Positions 17,118 through 26,988 are shown, numbered from the stretch's first letter. The stretch is DNA of 64,000 bases from Pseudomonadota bacterium (GCA_018823285.1 JAHJIQ010000014.1:23556-87555); one strand, 5' to 3'. Notes: a model not told the origin generated them from the sequence alone. Numbers and translations: made by a program.

Positions 17118-18878
17118 GTGAATATCATGATGAACCCGACACCTCCTCCGTCGCTATCTGCAGGGGCTCCTGCGGAAAAAGCCGGGGGCCTTTCCAGACC
17201 GGAATCATCTTTTGCCGAATACTTCGATCGGCGAATGAACGCTGACCATAAAAAAAATCTTCTTGGCACCGGTGAGGTGAAGAAGGTGGAAAATCCTGCC
17301 GCTCCGGCGCCTCATGCTGAAGGTGAACTGGAAGAACGGCAGGCCCTTGCCGAATTGCTGGGCCAGTTGATGATGGAACTGAAGAATATGAGCAGGGAAG
17401 ACCAGGTGGCTCCCGGGGAATGGGTGATTCCGGCAGTAGATGGATCTGTTCTTGACGGGATTGCCGCAGCGGCAGGGCTCGATGAAATAGCGCGCCAGGA
17501 TCTTCTTGCCGGATTGTCGGAGGGCAAGAGTGTAGAGCTCGCTGCCCTCCTTGATCTGCTGGCGGCCCATTTCATGGCAATGGCTGACAGCGTTGCGGTA
17601 AAAGCGCCCGATACTGAACTGCCGTTTATCGAGAGCCTCCTGAACGGAATGGGCGTGCACTCCGAAAAACTCGCTGCCATTGCCGAAATGGCTTCGAATG
17701 GAGACGATCAGTTTGATCTGGCCATATATCTGGAAAAGTTGCAGGCACTTGGCGCTGAATTGCGTGGTTCGAGTGAGGTTCAACTGGCCCCGATCTCGCT
17801 TACGGACTGGGAGCGGGAGCAGTTTGCCGACCTGCTTGCGAGGGCCGGAGTCTCCAGTGAACAGATCACAGCGATCATGCCAGAGGGCAAGGGGGGTGAA
17901 CTGACTCTTTCCTTTGAAAAACTGGCGGACATCTTGGCCGGAGCGGTTTCTGCGGTAAAGGATGCCCGTGCCCGCATCGAACTGCCGGAATTCCTGTCGG
18001 AACTGAAAAGTCTCCTGGCCATGGCCGGCTATGCCGGGAAGGACGGCGGCTGGACCCCGGTGGTCCAGGAAACCCTGGAGAATGTGTATCGCGATCTTGT
18101 GGAGAGTGTTGACCTCAAGGGTGTAAAGATCAGGTGGAACGAAAACCCGGTGCAGCTCGGGGTCAATGATGAAACGATGGAGAATGTCGTCATCGACGAG
18201 TCCGGCGATGGGGAAGAGGTCCTTCTGCCTGCGGAAAGAGAGCTGGTGAAAGATTCTGCGGGGCCGGAAAAAAAAGGGAAGGGGATAAACGCTGCCCAGT
18301 ATAACGACAAGGCCGCACCGGAGATGCTCCGGAACGACGAGAATATCACGGTTTCCGGTGGCGGGGAGAGTGGGTCCAAGAGCGGAGTTGGCCAGCTGAG
18401 TGAAATCAATCGTACCGCCCCGCTGCCGCGGACCCTCTCCGAACTGCAGCAGCAGGCCTTCGAGCAGATCAGCCGCGGGGTGATGACGGGGTTGCGCAAT
18501 AACGATCATCACCTGATTTTAAAGCTCTACCCGCCGGAACTTGGCGAGGTCAAGGTCGAGATGCTGGTCAGAAATGACCAGGTGGCGGTCTCCTTTTCCA
18601 TGGAAAACAGCAGGGTCAAGGAAGCGTTGGAAGCGGGGATGGACCAGTTCAGGCAGAACCTCGAGCAGGGTGGCTTCAACCTTGGTGAATGCATGGTTTC
18701 AGTGGGTGGAGGAAACGAGTCCGATGATGCCTGGCAGCGGTTCGCCAACGAATGGCGCCAGCAGATGGCGTCAACAAGAGAAGTGGCAGGGAGTTTCAGC
18801 GACCTGCCGGACCATGCCTTTTATCGCCGGGAACATTATCTCGGCGACCACGATGGCGCGATCAGTTTTCTGGTGTAG
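17118..18878 (+). CDS. fliK: Flagellar hook-length control protein FliK
   Basis: 586 aa, acidic and Pro/Ala-rich. The C-terminal Flg_hook domain reads HHLILKLYPPELGEVKVEMLVRNDQVAVSFSMENSRVKEALE. GTG start 7 nt after GGAGG. Confidence 0.85.
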   Translation: MNIMMNPTPPPSLSAGAPAEKAGGLSRPESSFAEYFDRRMNADHKKNLLGTGEVKKVENPAAPAPHAEGELEERQALAELLGQLMMELKNMSREDQVAPGEWVIPAVDGSVLDGIAAAAGLDEIARQDLLAGLSEGKSVELAALLDLLAAHFMAMADSVAVKAPDTELPFIESLLNGMGVHSEKLAAIAEMASNGDDQFDLAIYLEKLQALGAELRGSSEVQLAPISLTDWEREQFADLLARAGVSSEQITAIMPEGKGGELTLSFEKLADILAGAVSAVKDARARIELPEFLSELKSLLAMAGYAGKDGGWTPVVQETLENVYRDLVESVDLKGVKIRWNENPVQLGVNDETMENVVIDESGDGEEVLLPAERELVKDSAGPEKKGKGINAAQYNDKAAPEMLRNDENITVSGGGESGSKSGVGQLSEINRTAPLPRTLSELQQQAFEQISRGVMTGLRNNDHHLILKLYPPELGEVKVEMLVRNDQVAVSFSMENSRVKEALEAGMDQFRQNLEQGGFNLGECMVSVGGGNESDDAWQRFANEWRQQMASTREVAGSFSDLPDHAFYRREHYLGDHDGAISFLV

Positions 18879-18931
18879 AGACCAATGTTTGAACTGTTTC
18901 CGGATTCCGGAAGCAGGGAAGAGGAAAAATC

Positions 18932-19597
18932 ATGAGCGTAACAAGTGTGAGTGCATTACCGCTGGCCCCGGAGCCGGAAGCGTTTAAGACCTTCGGTAAG
19001 AAAGAGCTCGATAAGCAGGATTTCATGAAGCTGTTCATCACCCAGCTTCAGTATCAGGATCCGATGGAACCCATGGATACCTACCAGATGTCGAGCCAGC
19101 TCGCACAGTTCAGCAGCATGGAGGCGACTCTCCGGATGAGCGAGAACATGGAAGAGCTTCTTGCCTACCAGACCTCGCAGAACAATCTCCAGCTCCTGAC
19201 CCTGCTCGACAACAAGGTCCAGACGGCCGGAAACACCATCGCGGTGAATGAGGGAACCAACAGCAGTACCGAGTTTGTGCTGGAAGACACCGCAGTATCG
19301 TGTCTGGTCGAGATCTACGACCAGGGCGGCACTATGGTGCGGCAGATCGATATGGGTCCTGTTCCGGCCGGGCTCTATGAACTAGCCTGGGACGGCAAGA
19401 ATATGGGCGGAGACCAGGTGGAGGATGGTGTATACAGCTATCGGGTCAAGGCCAGTGATTCGGTGGGTAAGGAGATCGGGACCGATTACCGGACCACCGG
19501 CACCGTTACCGGCATCGGTTTCGACAACGGCCAGGCCATTCTGAATGTCGACAAGTACATCACCGTTACCGTCGGTGAAGTGCTGAAGGTTATGTGA
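18932..19597 (+). CDS. flgD: Flagellar hook assembly (cap) protein FlgD
   Basis: KQDFMKLFITQLQYQDPMEPMD (FlgD N-terminal motif) and the FlgD Ig-like part GLYELAWDGKNMGGDQVEDGVYSYRVKA. Confidence 0.9.
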   Translation: MSVTSVSALPLAPEPEAFKTFGKKELDKQDFMKLFITQLQYQDPMEPMDTYQMSSQLAQFSSMEATLRMSENMEELLAYQTSQNNLQLLTLLDNKVQTAGNTIAVNEGTNSSTEFVLEDTAVSCLVEIYDQGGTMVRQIDMGPVPAGLYELAWDGKNMGGDQVEDGVYSYRVKASDSVGKEIGTDYRTTGTVTGIGFDNGQAILNVDKYITVTVGEVLKVM

Positions 19598-19669
19598 GAG
19601 AAGGATTATTAATGAGCCAGGCCGGAAGGATTCGGCGGGCCTAGAGGAAGACAACAAGGAGGTAAGGCA

Positions 19670-22039
19670 ATGGGTATTTCCAGTTCGTTATATTCAAGCA
19701 TCAGCGGATTGAATACCATGGGGAATTCAATGTCGGTCATCGGCGACAACGTGGCCAACGTCAATACCATCGCGTTCAAATCGAGCCGGGCCACTTTTCA
19801 GGATGTATTGTCGCAGTCGGTATCGACCGCATCCGGTTCGGCCCAGGTCGGCCGTGGTGTTACCTTGAGTACGGTTGACGGTCTGTTCGCCCAGGGATCG
19901 TTCGAGAGTTCCTCGAACCCGACCGATATGGCGATCGGCGGCCAGGGCTTTTTCATGATCCGGGAACCGGGCAACGCCGAAGCGGACAACTATACCCGGG
20001 CCGGCGAGTTCCGTTTCGATCAGGAAGGATACCTGATCAACCCTTCCGCCTACTTTGTCCAGGGCTGGCAGCTTGATGCGACAACCGGCGAGCGGACAGG
20101 GACCATCGGCGACATCAACATCAGCAAAAGCACTCCGCCGGTTGCAACCGACCGGGTCGAGGTCATCGTCAACATCGATTCCCGCGAGGACAATGAAAAT
20201 ACCGAGCTCAGGCTCTATGACGCCTGGGACGGCACCAACGTGGCGGCCGTCAACCCGACCGACCCGATCTCGTCCACCAACTACGAGTACACCACCTCGG
20301 TCAAGATCTACGACTCGATCGGCGCGAGCCACGACCTGACCGTCTACTTCGACCGGACGACCGTCGACAACCAGTGGGAATATCTGGTTACCTGTGATCC
20401 TTCGGAGGATTTCCGCTATCTTAACACGAGCGATCAGACGATCTATGCCCCGGACACCACCTACAATTTTCAGAATCATAAAGGGGCTGGCGCCTTGCAG
20501 TACGGGGTGATCAACTTCAGCACCTCCGGCGATATTCTGCAGATTGATGCCTTTAACGTTCCGCCCGACGGCGAGGTTGACCCGGCGCAGACCATAAACC
20601 GGGTGGTCCTGAACCAGACCGACCGCTACTATGCCTTTGATGTGAATTTCACCGGCGATCTCGCTAACGATTCCATCGAGATCAATTTCGGGGCCCGCTA
20701 TTCCGGGCAGACCACCAATCTTTCCCAGGTGATTGTAAGCGATTCCGGGGTCTACGACAGCGTGCTGACCACCGATTTCATCACCTCGGAAACCACCTGG
20801 AACTCGGTGTTTGACGCTAGCGGCAACCAGGTGGAGCCGGGGGACGTGTTCTCCATGGCCGGGTATCTTCCCGACGGGACGGCGGTTGCTGCCTGGAACT
20901 ACACGGTGCCCTCAGGAGCCGCATACGGGACAACAAAAGTCCAGAACTTTCTGACCGCGGTCGGCACCAACTTCGGCTGCACGGCGAGTATCGATGCCTT
21001 CGGTCGGCTCAGGCTGGAAGACACCGGTGGCGGCAACAGCGCGCTCGCCGTGACAACTTTCACCTTCACCGAATCGGCGGTACTGCCGGCCACGGTCGGC
21101 GGCATGAGCAATCCGTTCGGAGCGCAGATCAACATCACCACCTCCAAGGAGCAGATCCTCTCCAGCGATCGGGCCCTGACCACGGCCCTTGGTGTCCCGC
21201 CGGTCATTACGGCGGCCACCGACTGGGGCAGCGTGTATACGAGTGGTGGCGTAGGGCCGGTGGCCGCGAACAATACCATGATCTTTACCGGCGCCCAGCC
21301 GGACGGCACCGTGGTGGCGGCAACATTCACGGTCAACGCCACCGACTCGCCCAATAATACGGTGCAGGACCTGCTGGACTGGCTGGAAACCAATTTCAAT
21401 GCCGAAGCCGCCATTGATTATGCCGGGCGTCTGGTTCTTACCGACCGGGAATCCGGATCGGCCAGTTACAACAGCCAGCTCGCGATCGCCTCCATAGCGG
21501 GCACTGCGCCGGCGGTATTCGGGGCGGGAGCTTTCGCCGGTATCGCTGCCGATGTCAGCGGGGAGGACGGCAGCCATGCGGGGGACGTGGTCACCACCAA
21601 TTTCGACAGCGAGGCGCTCGCCTCCACCCAGTACGCCAATGCCTCGACCACCGTTTTCCAGGACCAGGATGGCTACGCCTCCGGGTTCCTGCAGTCGGTT
21701 TCGGTCGATACCGACGGGGTGATCACCGGCCAGTATTCCAACGGCCAGGTTCTGAAACGGGCCCAGGTGGCGCTGGCCACCTTCAATAACCTGGCCGGGC
21801 TCTTTAAAGAAGGGGGCAATATCTTCACCGAAACCACTGAATCCGGCGCCCCGGTCACCGGCGCTCCGGGAACGAACGGTCTCGGGTCGATTGCCCCCAA
21901 CGCCCTGGAGCAGTCAAACGTTGATATCGGCACCGAATTCGTCAAGCTGATCACCACCCAGCGAGGCTTTCAGGCGAACTCGAAAATCATCTCCACCACC
22001 GATGAAATGCTCGCGGACCTGATCAATATCAAGCGGTAG
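19670..22039 (+). CDS. flgE: Flagellar hook protein FlgE, long form (789 aa)
   Basis: N-terminal rod/hook motif SGLNTMGNSMSVIGDNVANVNTIAFK. C-terminus LEQSNVDIGTEFVKLITTQRGFQANSKIISTTDEMLADLINIKR. A large Thr/Ser/Gly/Asn/Asp-rich central insertion. AAGGAGG RBS. Confidence 0.9.
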   Translation: MGISSSLYSSISGLNTMGNSMSVIGDNVANVNTIAFKSSRATFQDVLSQSVSTASGSAQVGRGVTLSTVDGLFAQGSFESSSNPTDMAIGGQGFFMIREPGNAEADNYTRAGEFRFDQEGYLINPSAYFVQGWQLDATTGERTGTIGDINISKSTPPVATDRVEVIVNIDSREDNENTELRLYDAWDGTNVAAVNPTDPISSTNYEYTTSVKIYDSIGASHDLTVYFDRTTVDNQWEYLVTCDPSEDFRYLNTSDQTIYAPDTTYNFQNHKGAGALQYGVINFSTSGDILQIDAFNVPPDGEVDPAQTINRVVLNQTDRYYAFDVNFTGDLANDSIEINFGARYSGQTTNLSQVIVSDSGVYDSVLTTDFITSETTWNSVFDASGNQVEPGDVFSMAGYLPDGTAVAAWNYTVPSGAAYGTTKVQNFLTAVGTNFGCTASIDAFGRLRLEDTGGGNSALAVTTFTFTESAVLPATVGGMSNPFGAQINITTSKEQILSSDRALTTALGVPPVITAATDWGSVYTSGGVGPVAANNTMIFTGAQPDGTVVAATFTVNATDSPNNTVQDLLDWLETNFNAEAAIDYAGRLVLTDRESGSASYNSQLAIASIAGTAPAVFGAGAFAGIAADVSGEDGSHAGDVVTTNFDSEALASTQYANASTTVFQDQDGYASGFLQSVSVDTDGVITGQYSNGQVLKRAQVALATFNNLAGLFKEGGNIFTETTESGAPVTGAPGTNGLGSIAPNALEQSNVDIGTEFVKLITTQRGFQANSKIISTTDEMLADLINIKR

Positions 22040-22060
22040 TAAGTATTTGAAATAAATAAA

Positions 22061-22092
22061 AAAAGGCAGGGTGGAGACCCTGCCTTTTTTTA
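22061..22092 (+). terminator. Rho-independent terminator after flgE
   Basis: GGCAGGG-tggaga-CCCTGCC stem-loop (22065-22084) flanked by an A-run and followed by T7. Confidence 0.8.
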
Positions 22093-22120
22093 TGCCGAAC
22101 CTGCAAAGCAAGTCGGGCCA

Positions 22121-22354
22121 TCCTTCGACAAGCTCAGGATGATCCTTCGACAGGCTCAGGATGAGCGGGTATAAAGCTTCAGTTGAGCAGCTCGCCTGCT
22201 CGTCCCGATTAGTTAAGTTAAGCAGCGTGCCTGCTTATACGAAACTTATGCCCCTGGGCGAAAGCGAGCTTGTGAGACATCGAGACTTATGCCCCCATGG
22301 GTGAAAATAGAAATTCCGCTCACTCTGAGTCTGTCGAAGAGTGATCCAGTCGAA
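22121..22354. repeat. Composite MITE-like repeat element
   Basis: A tandem 22-mer TCCTTCGACARGCTCAGGATGA x2 (22121-22164) plus GCGG is mirrored at 22316-22341 (CCGCTCACTCTGAGTCTGTCGAAGAG; 21/26 match as reverse complement), with a partial second copy to 22354. The core carries three modules related to the 55-bp hairpin repeat (GAGCAGctcgcCTGCTC, AAGCAGcgtgcCTGCTT, ACGAAACTTATGCCC). Confidence 0.6.
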
Positions 22355-22408
22355 GTGGCAATGGCTGAAACATGGTGTTAATCAGTGTCTCGCCCGGCGT
22401 TGCCCGGT

Positions 22409-22684
22409 TTACAACTCCGTCAGCACGATATAAAAAGACGGAAGTGCCAGAATGAGGGTGCTGAGGATCCAGAAATGAGAATCCGGTTGTGATCTGAATC
22501 GCAGGGTCAAGCTTTTTATTGCGGTGCAGATACCGGCCAGCCCTGCCAGGAGGGCGATCGAGATTGCGATCAGGCCGCGGGTGCGGCAGCCGAGCACTTC
22601 CACCGGGGTGAAGGCGACGCTGAAGAAGGAGGCCGAGACGAGGAGGGGGATCAGAATCAGCAGGAGTTTCTGGTTGCGGTCCAC
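22409..22684 (-). CDS. Small membrane protein (about 3 TM), hypothetical
   Basis: 91 aa, with three hydrophobic spans (LLLILIPLLVSASFF, LIAISIALLAGLAGI, WILSTLILALPSFYIV). Downstream of the cooC-like gene on the same strand. Confidence 0.45.
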   Translation of the reverse strand: MDRNQKLLLILIPLLVSASFFSVAFTPVEVLGCRTRGLIAISIALLAGLAGICTAIKSLTLRFRSQPDSHFWILSTLILALPSFYIVLTEL

Positions 22685-22713
22685 AACGATTTTCCGAAGT
22701 TTATCTGTTTAAA

Positions 22714-23472
22714 TCATTTTATAAACGAATCAAAAATCCCATAGGCCGCTCTGATCACCGGAAGGTCATCACCCAGTTCCAGGTAGGAGCCGCCGATGAT
22801 CTCCTGATTGACCAGTTCGTCGCTGGCCGGGACGAGCCCGCCGAGGGGAAGGTTGCTTGCGGTCACCGTCTCGTTGATCTTGGCCAGGAGTTCCGGGGAG
22901 GCCGGGGACGGGACCCGGTTCACGATCAGACATTTATGTTTCACTTCCATGCCTAAAGGTCCGGTCAGGTCGGAAATTCTGCCGGCGGTCATGATGCCCC
23001 GGGCCGAAGGGTCGGAAATCACCAGCAGATGATCGATGTTCCGCAAATTCATTCGGCTTAAGTGTTCCATGCCGGCCTCATTGTCGACCAGGATGTATTT
23101 GTAGTTTTCCGCCAGATGGTCCATGGTCATGGCCAGGTACTGGTTGGCGGCGCAATAGCAGCCCGGGCCGTCCGGCTGGCCCATGGCCATCAGGTCAAAC
23201 CCTTTCGCTTCGACAATCGACTGGTGGACCTTCATCTCCATGAACTGGTCCCGGGTCATATTGGGCGGCAGTTCGCTCTTCAGCTCCTTTCTGATCTCGC
23301 CGATGGTGAGTCCCACCTCCATGGCCAGGAGTTCGTTGAGATTGGCATTGGAGTCGGCGTCCACCGCCAGGACCGGGGTGTGTCCTTTTTCCGTAAGGTA
23401 TTTGAGGAGCAAGGCGGAGAGGGTCGTTTTGCCGACGCCTCCCTTGCCTGCCATGGCGATTACTTTGGGCAT
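22714..23472 (-). CDS. CooC/AcsF-type P-loop ATPase (MinD/ParA superfamily, Ni-insertion accessory-like)
   Basis: Start chosen at the internal ATG (23472) with a GGAGA RBS. Product starts MPKVIAMAGKGGVGKTT (deviant Walker A) and carries the CxC metal motif PDGPGCYCAAN characteristic of CooC-type proteins. Confidence 0.7.
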   Translation of the reverse strand: MPKVIAMAGKGGVGKTTLSALLLKYLTEKGHTPVLAVDADSNANLNELLAMEVGLTIGEIRKELKSELPPNMTRDQFMEMKVHQSIVEAKGFDLMAMGQPDGPGCYCAANQYLAMTMDHLAENYKYILVDNEAGMEHLSRMNLRNIDHLLVISDPSARGIMTAGRISDLTGPLGMEVKHKCLIVNRVPSPASPELLAKINETVTASNLPLGGLVPASDELVNQEIIGGSYLELGDDLPVIRAAYGIFDSFIK

Positions 23473-23707
23473 TTTGATTCTCCGATTGTTCTTTAAGGTT
23501 TGAAGATGGCGATTATAGATAAACCGCGAGTCATTGTCAATTACAGGCCCCTGCGCTTTTGTAAAAAAGCGGTGAAATTTCAAAACTTTACTCTTGCAAG
23601 ATGAAGAGTAGCTGTTATTTTACCCGGACGCTTGCAACCATTGATTACGCCCGGCAACTTTCCGGCCGACGTATATACATTATAATACTGATCACAGGAG
23701 ATGCTAA

Positions 23708-26497
23708 ATGGATTACCGGGCAACGCTCAATCTGCCCCAGACCAGTTTCAAGATGAAGGCCAATCTTTCCCAGCGGGAGCCTGAATTCCTGAAAAAATGG
23801 GAGAAGGAAGGGCTTTATGAAAAGGTCCAGGCGGCAACCGCCGGAAGGCCGGTCTATATCCTCCACGACGGGCCTCCCTATGCCAATGGCCACCTGCACA
23901 TGGGCCATGCCCTGAACAAGATCCTGAAAGACATCATCCTGCGCGCGAGGAGGATGTCCGGTTATCATTGCCCCTTTGTCCCCGGGTGGGACTGTCATGG
24001 ACTGCCGATTGAACTGAATGTGGACAAGGAGCTTGGCGACAAGAAAAAAGAGATCAGCAAACTTGCCTTTCGCAAGGCCTGCCGCACCTATGCCGGAAAA
24101 TGGATCAAAACCCAGAAGGCGGAGTTTCAGCGGTTGGGGGTGCTAGGCGATTGGAAGAATCCCTACCTGACCATCAACTATTCCTACGAGGCGGCGACCG
24201 CCCGGGAATTCAATACTTTTCTGGCCAGTGGCGCCGTGGTCCGCAGCAAGAAACCGGTTCACTGGTGTCCGTCGTGCCAGACTGCGCTGGCGGAGGCTGA
24301 AGTCGAGTATGAAAATCATACCTCCGATTCGATCTATGTGAAATTCGAGATTTCGGGTGATCCCGGTGATTATCTGCCGGAACTTGCCGGGCGGAAGGTC
24401 TCGGTGGTGATCTGGACCACGACCCCGTGGACCCTGCCCGCCAATCTCGCGGTCGCCTTGCATCCCGATTTTACCTATGCAGCGGTCGAGACAGGAGGTG
24501 AGGTCTGGATCATGGCCGAGGGGCTGGTTGAAAAGGTCTTCAGCGAACTTGAAAGCGAGGGGCACAAGGTACTCGCCACCTTTTCCGGCCAGAAGCTTGA
24601 AGGGTGCAAATGCCGTCACCCGTTTCTCGATCGATTCTCCCCGGTGGTCCTTGCCGACTATGTGACCCTTGAAACCGGAACCGGCTGCGTGCATACCGCT
24701 CCGGGGCATGGCCGTGAGGACTATATCACCGGCACCCGCTACGGGCTTGAGGTGCTTTCCCCGGTCGACAGCGGCGGCAATTTCACCGCCGAGGCAGGCC
24801 CGTATCTGGGGATGAATATCCGGGAGGCGAACCCGGTGATCTGCAGAGACCTTGAGGCAAGCGGTCATCTGGTCAGACACAGCCGGATGAAACACAGCTA
24901 TCCCCACTGCTGGCGCTGTAAGAAACCGGTGATCTTCCGGGCGACCGAACAGTGGTTCATCTCGATGGAAATGAACGATCTCCGCGAGCGGGCCCTTGCC
25001 GCCATCCGGGAAGTAAAATGGATCCCCCACTGGGGAATGGACAGGATCTACGGGATGGTCGAGACCCGTCCCGACTGGTGTCTGTCGCGGCAGCGGGCCT
25101 GGGGGGTGCCGATCACCGCCATCCTCTGCAAAGGATGCGGCGAGATCCAGAACAATGAAGAAGTTAACCGCCGGATCGATCAGCTCTTCCGCAAGGAGGG
25201 CGCCGATGCGTGGTTTTCCCACGAGCTTGCGGATTTCCTGGGTCAGGGGGCAACCTGCGCGAAATGCGGCGGCGCCGAGTTTGAGAAAGAAGAGGATATC
25301 CTTGATGTCTGGTTTGATTCCGGCACCAGCCATGCGGCGGTCCTGGAAGAACGGGAAGAGCTTTCTTCCCCGGCCGATCTTTATCTCGAAGGCAGCGATC
25401 AGCACCGGGGCTGGTTTCAGAGTTCCCTGCTCGCCTCGGTTGGGACCAGGCAGCGGCCACCCTATCGCGGGGTGCTGACCCACGGCTTCGTGGTCGATGA
25501 AAACGGGCGCAAGATGTCGAAGAGCGTCGGTAATGTAATCGCTCCGGGAGAAATCATCGAAAAAAACGGGGCCGAGATCCTCCGGCTCTGGGTTGCCTCG
25601 GAAGACTATCGGGATGATATCAAGATCTCCGACAATATCATCAATCAGCTCTCCGATGCTTATCGAAAAGTGCGGAATACCATCCGCTACCTGCTGGGCA
25701 ATATCAGCGATTTTGATCCGGCCGCGAACCGGGTCGCCTATGGGGACCTGCCTGAAATCGATCAATGGGCCCTGTCCCAGCTTGAACAATTGAAAAAACG
25801 GGTCGCCGGTGCGTATGACTCTTTCGAATTTCACGTGGTATTCCACAGTCTCCTCAATTTCTGTACCGTGACCATGAGTGCCCTGTATCTCGATATTATC
25901 AAGGACCGGCTGTACACGGATGGGACCGATTCCCGGGGCAGGAGATCGGCCCAGACCGTCCTTTACGAGATTGCGGATACGGTGGTGCGGCTGATGGCGC
26001 CGGTCCTTACCTTTACCGCAGCTGAAGTCTGGGAGCATCTGCCCGCTGATCCTGCCCGCGAGGAGGACCCTGCGCTGGCGAAATTCCCTGCAGCATGCGA
26101 GAAATGGCTGCGTGGTGATCTGGACCGGAAATGGGAAAGGTTGATCAGGGTCAGAGGCGAGTTTACCAGGGCGCTGGAACTGGCCCGACAAGAAAAGGTG
26201 ATCGGCCATCCCCTTGAGGCTGAGCTGAAGATTGCGGTTTCAGGTGAGCTTGGAGCTTTTCTGGAGGAAAACTGGCAGATTCTTCACACCATCAGCATTG
26301 TATCGGAACTGAACCGGGTGGATGAACCACCGGCAAATGGCATTGTTTCCGAGGAATTCCCGGAATTGACCATCCTGGTATCACCGGCTGCCGGGCAGAA
26401 ATGCGAGCGTTGCTGGACCAGGTCGACAACCGTTGGCGCAGACGAGGTCCATCCCCTGATCTGCAACCGCTGTCTGCAGGTGGTCAGCGCATTATGA
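23708..26497 (+). CDS. ileS: Isoleucyl-tRNA synthetase
   Basis: 929 aa. HIGH-type motif (PYANGHLHMGHALN), KMSKS, a CP1 editing domain, and a C-terminal Zn motif CERCW...CNRC. Confidence 0.97.
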   Translation: MDYRATLNLPQTSFKMKANLSQREPEFLKKWEKEGLYEKVQAATAGRPVYILHDGPPYANGHLHMGHALNKILKDIILRARRMSGYHCPFVPGWDCHGLPIELNVDKELGDKKKEISKLAFRKACRTYAGKWIKTQKAEFQRLGVLGDWKNPYLTINYSYEAATAREFNTFLASGAVVRSKKPVHWCPSCQTALAEAEVEYENHTSDSIYVKFEISGDPGDYLPELAGRKVSVVIWTTTPWTLPANLAVALHPDFTYAAVETGGEVWIMAEGLVEKVFSELESEGHKVLATFSGQKLEGCKCRHPFLDRFSPVVLADYVTLETGTGCVHTAPGHGREDYITGTRYGLEVLSPVDSGGNFTAEAGPYLGMNIREANPVICRDLEASGHLVRHSRMKHSYPHCWRCKKPVIFRATEQWFISMEMNDLRERALAAIREVKWIPHWGMDRIYGMVETRPDWCLSRQRAWGVPITAILCKGCGEIQNNEEVNRRIDQLFRKEGADAWFSHELADFLGQGATCAKCGGAEFEKEEDILDVWFDSGTSHAAVLEEREELSSPADLYLEGSDQHRGWFQSSLLASVGTRQRPPYRGVLTHGFVVDENGRKMSKSVGNVIAPGEIIEKNGAEILRLWVASEDYRDDIKISDNIINQLSDAYRKVRNTIRYLLGNISDFDPAANRVAYGDLPEIDQWALSQLEQLKKRVAGAYDSFEFHVVFHSLLNFCTVTMSALYLDIIKDRLYTDGTDSRGRRSAQTVLYEIADTVVRLMAPVLTFTAAEVWEHLPADPAREEDPALAKFPAACEKWLRGDLDRKWERLIRVRGEFTRALELARQEKVIGHPLEAELKIAVSGELGAFLEENWQILHTISIVSELNRVDEPPANGIVSEEFPELTILVSPAAGQKCERCWTRSTTVGADEVHPLICNRCLQVVSAL

Positions 26498-26988
26498 GTA
26501 TCCGGACACCTCTCTATCCGCTGGCGATAGCTGCCGCCGTGGTGATCATCGACCAGCTCAGCAAGCTGTGGATCATGACCGCGTTCCGGCCCTTTGAGAT
26601 CAAACCGGTGATTCCCGGCCTGTTCAATCTGATCTTCATCACCAATACCGGAGCGGCTTTCGGGATGCTGGCCGGAGAGCAGACTCTCTGGCGGCAGCTT
26701 TTTTTCGGGACGGTTGCGGTCATTGCCCTGGTGGTTCTCGTATACGCCTTCCGGCAATATCGTGACCGGGGGATTCTGTATGTTACCGGAATAGGTTTGG
26801 TGGCCGGCGGTGCGGTGGGGAATCTGATCGACCGCGTTCGGTTCGGTCATGTGGTTGATTTTCTCGATTTCTTTATCGGCAGATATCACTGGCCGGCCTT
26901 CAATGCTGCCGATTCGGCGATCACCATCGGAGTCGGTCTTTTTCTGCTGGCAACCCTTGGTGACGATCAGGAAGAAACAAGTAAATAG
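26494..26988 (+). CDS. lspA: Lipoprotein signal peptidase II
   Basis: The ATG at 26494 overlaps the ileS stop (ATGA). Motifs IIDQLSKLWI, FNLIFITNTGAAFG and GNLIDRVRFGHVVDF are LspA hallmarks. Classic ileS-lspA pairing. Confidence 0.9.
   Translation: MSIRTPLYPLAIAAAVVIIDQLSKLWIMTAFRPFEIKPVIPGLFNLIFITNTGAAFGMLAGEQTLWRQLFFGTVAVIALVVLVYAFRQYRDRGILYVTGIGLVAGGAVGNLIDRVRFGHVVDFLDFFIGRYHWPAFNAADSAITIGVGLFLLATLGDDQEETSK

Noticed and set aside
17205-18512. 435-aa ORF antisense to fliK
   Set aside because: The + strand product ends in a clear FliK Flg_hook domain and has an RBS and a sigma-54 promoter. The antisense ORF lacks start signals and motifs.
24143-26209. 688-aa ORF antisense to ileS
   Set aside because: Same reasoning: low-complexity Arg/Gly/Pro-rich translation opposite a complete IleRS with HIGH and KMSKS motifs.
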